64,000 nucleotides of DNA from an uncultured Acidobacteriota bacterium. Lineage in GTDB: Bacteria; Acidobacteriota; Vicinamibacteria; Vicinamibacterales; Fen-181. The stretch is from the NCBI GenBank assembly GCA_963698725.1, contig CAVORY010000004.1, positions 19,951 through 83,950 of the forward strand. The letters run 5' to 3'. Position 1 is the stretch's first letter. Each line of letters begins with the position of its first letter. The notes beneath the pieces are model-generated. The model did not search any database. It was not told the DNA's origin and saw only the letters and a list, made by a program, of their open reading frames with translations. The translations under genes and the position numbers were made by a program. Of the stretch, positions 59,219 through 64,000 are shown in pieces.

Positions 59219-59965
59219 TTCTTCCTTCCTCCCCAGCTCCCACAGCTTCGCGAACTTCAGGAACACGTAGTAGCTGTTGAGGATGGACACGACGAAGCCC
59301 ACGGAGCCGTCCCGCCAGCCCCCGCGGGCCAGGTAGTTCCTCAGGAAGGCGCCGAGCGGCCGCGCCGCCAGGCCCGCCATTCCGACCGTTCGCCCGCGCT
59401 CCTGCAGCTGCCGAGCCGCCAGCGTCGTGTACCGGTCGATCGTCTGCAGGTGATGCGAGATGTCGCTGTAGGGGGTGTGCTGCAACTCGGCGCGAAGCCG
59501 TCCGACGGCGCCCGCTACTCGGACGCCCTCGTGCACGTCACCAGCCCAGCTCGCCGCCCGGCGGTCGTACAGCCGGAGTTGATGGTCGGGGTACCAGTCC
59601 GTCGTTCGAATCCACTTCCCGAGGTAGAAGCTGACGCGGGGTATCGCATAGCCGCGCGCCGCGGGCTGGCCGTCCAGGAGGGCCCGGATTTCGTCCGCGA
59701 GAGCCGGCGTCACGCGCTCGTCGGCGTCGAGCGACAGGATCCAGTCGTGCGACGCCTGCTCGGCCGCGAAGTTCTTCTGCGCCGAGTAGCCGGACCACTC
59801 GCGGACGAGGACGCGATCGGTCCGCTGCCGGGCGAGGGCCACCGTCTCGTCCGTACTCCCGGAGTCGACGACGACGAGTTCGTCGGCCCACGCCACCGAA
59901 TCGAGGGCGGCGAGGATGTTCGCCGCCTCGTCGCGCGTGATGACGGTGACCGTCAGCTTCGGCAC
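59201..59965 (-). CDS. Glycosyltransferase family 2
   Basis: GTG start (comp. 59963-59965). Motifs: VTVITRDEA, VVVDSGSTDET, SLDADER (DxD). Confidence 0.8.
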   Translation of the reverse strand: MPKLTVTVITRDEAANILAALDSVAWADELVVVDSGSTDETVALARQRTDRVLVREWSGYSAQKNFAAEQASHDWILSLDADERVTPALADEIRALLDGQPAARGYAIPRVSFYLGKWIRTTDWYPDHQLRLYDRRAASWAGDVHEGVRVAGAVGRLRAELQHTPYSDISHHLQTIDRYTTLAARQLQERGRTVGMAGLAARPLGAFLRNYLARGGWRDGSVGFVVSILNSYYVFLKFAKLWELGRKEEAGRRQ

Positions 59966-59985
59966 ACCGGGGAGTATAGCGCGTC

Positions 59986-61611
59986 CTACTGCACCTGGCC
60001 CACGCGCCCGGCCACGGCCAGCGAGATGCCGCCGCCCACGACCGGGGCTTCCTGGACGGTCTCGAAATCGACGACGGATCGGCTGTAGTCGAGGATCGCC
60101 TGCAGCTCGGCGTTGCGAGCCGACGCGAGATCCCGCTGCGCCTGGATGACGAGGAAGTTCGTCGACAGCCCGGCCTGGAATTTCTTCTGCTCGGCGTCGA
60201 GCCGCCGCTGGGCCAGATCGCGGGAGGCCCGCGTCGCGTCGACGCGCTTACGGTTGGTGTTCAGCGTGCGGGCGACCTCGCGCACCTGGGTGGCCACGGT
60301 CAGCTCGAGGCTGCGCAGTTGCAGCTGATCCTGCGCGTACGACACTCGCGCGCGCGCGAGCGCCGCCTCGGCGCCACTGCGGCCCAGTGGGTAGCCGACG
60401 GTGACCGCCACCGACCAGTTGTGGAAGTCGTTGCTGAGCATCTGCGAGTACACGCTGCCCCAGCCCTTGTCGACGATCGAGATTGGAACGGGGGGGAACT
60501 CGTCGGAGAACGTGTAGCTGGTGCCGCCCTGTCCGGTCAGGCCATAGCCGGCCCGCACGTTCAGGTCCGGCAGGATCTGGTTCTTGAAGTACCGGATGTT
60601 GATGTCGGCCGCCTCGAGGCTCTTCCGCATGTTCACCAGGTCGGTGCGGTTCTCCAGGGCGCGTTTCACCGCGGCATTCAGGTCGACGTCCTGCGCCCGG
60701 AACGCCGGCGGGTCGGTCAGATCGAACGTCGTCTCCCAGAATTCGGGGTTCTTCGGATCGAAGATCAGCGCCCGCAGCACGTCTTCCGCACGGGTGATCT
60801 GCGCCTCCGCGATGATCACCGCCTCTTCGTTGCGGGCGACCTCGGCCTCGGCCTCGACGATGTCGATCGGCGCCATGGTGCCGATGCCGACCCGCGACTT
60901 GTTGTTCCTGAGCGACTCGCGGGCGATGTCGAGCGACTGCTGCTGCACCTTCAGGTTCCCGAGCGCGTACGCGAGGTTCCAGTACGCGTACTTCACCTGG
61001 CGGACGGTGGTGACCACGGTCTGGCGAAGCTGCACGTCGGTCATCTCCCGGTTCTTCTTGCTGATGAGCAGCTGCTGCCGGGTGCTGTCGACCGCGAAGT
61101 TGCGGAGCAGCGGCTGCGTATAGCTCGCACCGAGCACGGAGCCGAGCGCCGGGTTCGGGCTGTCGTAGACGCTGTTGCTCTTGGCGCGGTTGTTGTTCCA
61201 CGTGACGTTGTAGTTGGCGCCCCACGGCAGCAGCTGGTCGGCCTGCGCCGTGGCCCCGAACCGGGCGTTGGTGAGCGCGTTGGTCGCGCCGGCGAAGTAG
61301 CCGCTGACCGGGTTCGTCGAGCTCACGTTGCTGAACGTCCCGCTCACCACCGGCGTCCACGCCGTCTTGATGAGGTCGATGTTCAGCCCCTGGATCTGCG
61401 GGTCGAGCCGCTGGACCTGGAGCGACAGGTTCTGTTCCAGCGCCAGGCGCACCGCGTCGTCGATCGAGATCCGGCTGACGGGCCCGGCCTTGGCGCCGGC
61501 GGGCGCCTGTCCGGCGACGGCCTGCTGCGGGGACTGTGCGTACGACGACGCGGCGAGAAGCATGGCGGCGAACACGAATCCGAGCGGGCGTCGGCAGTCG
61601 GTCTGAAACAT
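59986..61611 (-). CDS. TolC-family outer-membrane efflux protein
   Basis: A signal peptide (LGFVFAAMLLAASSYAQ), then ISIDDAVRLALEQNLSLQ and two repeated coiled-coil/beta-barrel halves typical of OEP/TolC. Confidence 0.85.
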   Translation of the reverse strand: MFQTDCRRPLGFVFAAMLLAASSYAQSPQQAVAGQAPAGAKAGPVSRISIDDAVRLALEQNLSLQVQRLDPQIQGLNIDLIKTAWTPVVSGTFSNVSSTNPVSGYFAGATNALTNARFGATAQADQLLPWGANYNVTWNNNRAKSNSVYDSPNPALGSVLGASYTQPLLRNFAVDSTRQQLLISKKNREMTDVQLRQTVVTTVRQVKYAYWNLAYALGNLKVQQQSLDIARESLRNNKSRVGIGTMAPIDIVEAEAEVARNEEAVIIAEAQITRAEDVLRALIFDPKNPEFWETTFDLTDPPAFRAQDVDLNAAVKRALENRTDLVNMRKSLEAADINIRYFKNQILPDLNVRAGYGLTGQGGTSYTFSDEFPPVPISIVDKGWGSVYSQMLSNDFHNWSVAVTVGYPLGRSGAEAALARARVSYAQDQLQLRSLELTVATQVREVARTLNTNRKRVDATRASRDLAQRRLDAEQKKFQAGLSTNFLVIQAQRDLASARNAELQAILDYSRSVVDFETVQEAPVVGGGISLAVAGRVGQVQ

Positions 61612-61780
61612 CGGAGTCGCTCCAATCCTGGTCCCAGTACTAGACGGTTTTCAGGGCCCCAAGGTTCAGGCGGCGCCCGCCGTCGAGGGCACGCGACCGC
61701 CTTGACAAGGGGCCGCATCTGCACCCACGATCAGAGACCCGGGCCAGTACGGGGCAGTGTATCAGGCGCGACTGCCCGCA

Positions 61781-62383
61781 ATGGAGTGGACGATGAACCG
61801 CGACGAGTTGCTCGACCTGTTCCGCCGGTGTTCGGCCCTCCTCGAGGGGCATTTCCGCTTGTCGTCGGGGCTGCACAGTCCGGGGTACCTTCAATGTGCG
61901 CTCGTTCTTCAGCACCCCCAGCACGCGGCGGCGCTCGGCGCGGCGCTCGCCGACCGGGTGCGCGACCTGCGCCCGACCACCGTGCTGTCTCCCGCGCTCG
62001 GCGGTCTGATTATCGGCCATGAGGCGGCACGGGCGCTCGGCGCCCGGGCGATCTTCGCCGAGCGCGAAGACGGCGCGCTCCGCCTGCGCAGAGGCTTCAC
62101 GATCGCCGAGGCCGAGCGGGTCCTGGTGGTCGAAGACGTCGTGACGACGGGCGGGTCGACGCGGGAGACGATGCAGGTGGCGACCGCCGCCGGCGCGCAG
62201 GTCGTGGCGGCCGCGGCCGTCGTGAACCGGAGCAGTGGCCGCGCCACGCTCGGCGTGCCGCTCCACGCGCTGCTCGACCTGTCCCTGCCCACCTACGAGC
62301 CGGACGCCTGCCCGCTGTGCGCCCAGGGCGTTCCGATCGTGAAGCCGGGCTCGCGGCAGGTCGCCGTTCCACACGATCAATAG
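61781..62383 (+). CDS. pyrE: Orotate phosphoribosyltransferase
   Basis: GHFRLSSGLHS, VLVVEDVVTTGGST (PRPP loop). The start is uncertain (ATG 61781 or 61793; GTG 61757). Confidence 0.85.
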   Translation: MEWTMNRDELLDLFRRCSALLEGHFRLSSGLHSPGYLQCALVLQHPQHAAALGAALADRVRDLRPTTVLSPALGGLIIGHEAARALGARAIFAEREDGALRLRRGFTIAEAERVLVVEDVVTTGGSTRETMQVATAAGAQVVAAAAVVNRSSGRATLGVPLHALLDLSLPTYEPDACPLCAQGVPIVKPGSRQVAVPHDQ

Positions 62384-62420
62384 GCGCCCGGGCGGCGCCG
62401 GCGCCAGGCGCGGCTCTCCC

Positions 62421-63245
62421 ATGCCCCGCACCCTGAAGATCGTCCTCGCCTACGACGGAACGGACCTGGTGGGCTGGCAGCGCCAGGCCGCCGGCGCCTC
62501 CGTGCAGGCGCGCCTCGAGGACGCGCTGTCGGCCATCGAAGGCCGCCCGGTTGCCGCCGTCGGGGCCGGACGCACAGACGCGGGGGTGCATGCGCTCGGC
62601 CAGGTGGCCAGCTGCCGTATCGACCACCCGCTGCCCGTCGTACGCCTCGCGGCGGCGCTCAACGCGATGCTGCCCGGCGACATCCGAGTCCTCGAGGTCG
62701 CGGAGGTCGATGGCGCGTTCCACGCGCGTTACGGGGCGCGGCTGAAGACCTACCGCTATCTCCTCCTCAACAGCGCCGTCGTCAGTCCCTTCGAACGTCG
62801 GTACGTGTGGCACGTGCCGCAGCCGCTGGACATCGGGGCGGTGGCGGCCGGCGCCATGTCTCTCGAGGGAGAACACGATTTCGCCGCGCTGCGCGCCGCG
62901 GGCAGCGCCACGAAGACCACCGTGAGGAGGCTGACGGCGGTGACCGTGCGCGAGTCCACGTCGGCAGAGGTGTTCGGCGGCAGCCTGGCTGTTCGGCGCG
63001 CCAGCGGTCCGGGCCGGATCGTTGCCTTCGAGTTCACCGGCACCGGCTTCCTGCGTCACATGATCAGGAACGCGGTCGGCACCCTGGTCGAGATCGGCCT
63101 CGGGAAGCGGGAGCCGGCCTGGATGGCGGAGGTGCTGGCGTCCGGGGACCGGGCGCAGGCCGGCCCCACCGCTCCGGCCCAAGGCCTGTTCCTCGTCGGC
63201 GTCGTCTATGACCCGTCCCTGAGCCCTGCCCGCCTTCGCGCGTAG
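62421..63245 (+). CDS. truA: tRNA pseudouridine(38-40) synthase
   Basis: LAYDGTDLVGWQRQ, GAGRTDAGVHALGQV (catalytic Asp), FLRHMIRNAVG. Confidence 0.9.
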   Translation: MPRTLKIVLAYDGTDLVGWQRQAAGASVQARLEDALSAIEGRPVAAVGAGRTDAGVHALGQVASCRIDHPLPVVRLAAALNAMLPGDIRVLEVAEVDGAFHARYGARLKTYRYLLLNSAVVSPFERRYVWHVPQPLDIGAVAAGAMSLEGEHDFAALRAAGSATKTTVRRLTAVTVRESTSAEVFGGSLAVRRASGPGRIVAFEFTGTGFLRHMIRNAVGTLVEIGLGKREPAWMAEVLASGDRAQAGPTAPAQGLFLVGVVYDPSLSPARLRA

Positions 63246-63320
63246 CGCTTCGGCGGGTCCGCCATAGCCCGCATGGTCCTCGAGGCGGGCGACGGCGGAA
63301 GCCGAGAGCCCTGAGCCTGT
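63217..63320. repeat. Degenerate repeat element, copy J, overlapping the truA 3' end
   Basis: Sequence is ccctgagccctg cccgccttcgcgcgtagcgcttcggcggg ... gagagccctgagcctg. The TGAGCCC words and the gccttcgc/gcgaaggc-type core resemble copies A and B. Confidence 0.6.
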
Positions 63321-63385
63321 CTGGGTTCCCTTGCCCCGCCGGAACGCAGCCTGTAAGATCAGACCTCGCCTCGACTGGCACACGT

Positions 63386-64000
63386 ATGTCTCTCGAACAG
63401 GTCCTGGAAGGGATCGCGCCAGGGTCGCCCGAGGAAGCGCTCGTGCGACAGGTCGACTTCGCGCGCCTGCCCGCGCACGTCGCCATCATCATGGATGGCA
63501 ACGGGCGCTGGGCTGCCAGACGTCACCTTCCGCGGGTCGAGGGGCATCGAGCGGGCATCGACGCGGTGCGTGACGCCGTCGAGACGTCCGCCCGGCTGGG
63601 CATTCGCGTCCTGACGCTCTACGCCTTTTCGATGGAGAACTGGAAGCGGCCACGGGCCGAGGTGTCCACGCTGATGACGCTGCTCAAGCGGTACCTCAGG
63701 CTCGAGTTGGACACGCTGCTGCGCAACGGGATCCGGTTCAGGGTCATCGGCCGGCCGGACGCTCTGGCGCCGGACGTGCGGGGCGAGCTGGCGCGCGCCG
63801 TCGAGCGGACGTCGGGCAACACCGGGATGCAGTTCAACATCGCCCTCAACTACGGCGGGCGGGCGGAGATCGTGGATGCTGCGCGTCAGCTCATCGAGTC
63901 GGGTGTCGCCGCCGCCGCCGTGGACGAGCAGCGGCTGGCCGCCTGTCTCTACACGGCCGGCCAGCCGGATCCCGATCTGCTGATCCGCACGAGCGGCGAG
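63386..64000 (+). CDS. uppS: Isoprenyl transferase (undecaprenyl diphosphate synthase), 5' part; runs off the right edge
   Basis: Absent from the ORF track (no stop in the window). ATG 63386 gives MSLEQVLEG..HVAIIMDGNGRWA..LTLYAFSMENWKRP..ALNYGGR..LIRTSGE. Confidence 0.9.
   Translation, partial: MSLEQVLEGIAPGSPEEALVRQVDFARLPAHVAIIMDGNGRWAARRHLPRVEGHRAGIDAVRDAVETSARLGIRVLTLYAFSMENWKRPRAEVSTLMTLLKRYLRLELDTLLRNGIRFRVIGRPDALAPDVRGELARAVERTSGNTGMQFNIALNYGGRAEIVDAARQLIESGVAAAAVDEQRLAACLYTAGQPDPDLLIRTSGE

Noticed and set aside
63373-63388. Sigma-54-like TGGCAC-N5-TGTC upstream of uppS
   Set aside because: The -12 element is TGTC rather than TTGC. The motif overlaps the uppS ATG itself, leaving no room for a transcript leader. 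It is likely chance.

Overview
This is 64 kb of GC-rich bacterial chromosome (about two-thirds G+C by eye, not computed). Gene content is almost entirely housekeeping. The style points to an Acidobacteriota-like organism: a CarboxypepD_reg-type TonB-dependent receptor, an ABC ATPase/permease/GldG-like/DUF4340 cluster, frequent GTG/TTG starts and 4-nt start/stop overlaps. That taxonomy is inference only. I call about 58 protein-coding genes and one tRNA(CAT). In order they are: GH2 beta-galactosidase (partial, missing from the ORF track), TlpA-like redoxin, corA, dus, an AI-2E transporter, DUF362 plus a class-I aminotransferase, a methyltransferase, a TonB-dependent receptor, yebC-ruvC-ruvA-ruvB, fabH, an S8 protease plus GNAT, queA, a DHS-like protein, tRNA-CAT, tilS-ftsH-folP-cdaA-cdaR-glmM, pdxJ, hydrolase/TPR/TRASH/2-hydroxyacid dehydrogenase/nth, DUF72, a hidden ArsC/Spx-like gene, queE-queC-alaX, dacB, the ABC cluster, a P1B ATPase, REC-PilZ, LysW-like plus LarE-like, pyrK-pyrD-pyrF, an AlkP-family protein, pyrR-pyrB-pyrC-TIGR02757, two glycosyltransferases, TolC, pyrE, truA and uppS (partial). 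I saw no rRNA, CRISPR, transposase, integrase, phage, or recognisable defence or toxin genes. I could not support a novel multi-gene system. Six things deserve a second look. (1) An ArsC/Spx-family gene absent from the ORF track has an in-frame TGA at the CxxC cysteine position and a SECIS-like hairpin, making it a candidate selenoprotein. (2) A dense family of intergenic short tandem repeats (units of 7, 8, 16 and 20 bp) with shared core words fills most intergenic gaps. (3) Five net +1 frameshifts interrupt four otherwise intact genes, one of them in a C8 homopolymer. (4) A perfect 6 x 18-bp tandem repeat encodes NIVWGV inside the S8 protease. (5) A LysW-like zinc-ribbon protein has a hyper-acidic tail and a non-canonical C-terminus. 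(6) Several intergenic regions are structured (the tilS leader, queE-queC, alaX-dacB, and a PyrR-site-like hairpin). Many long ORFs in the track are antisense or out-of-frame artefacts of high GC, and I trimmed or rejected them.
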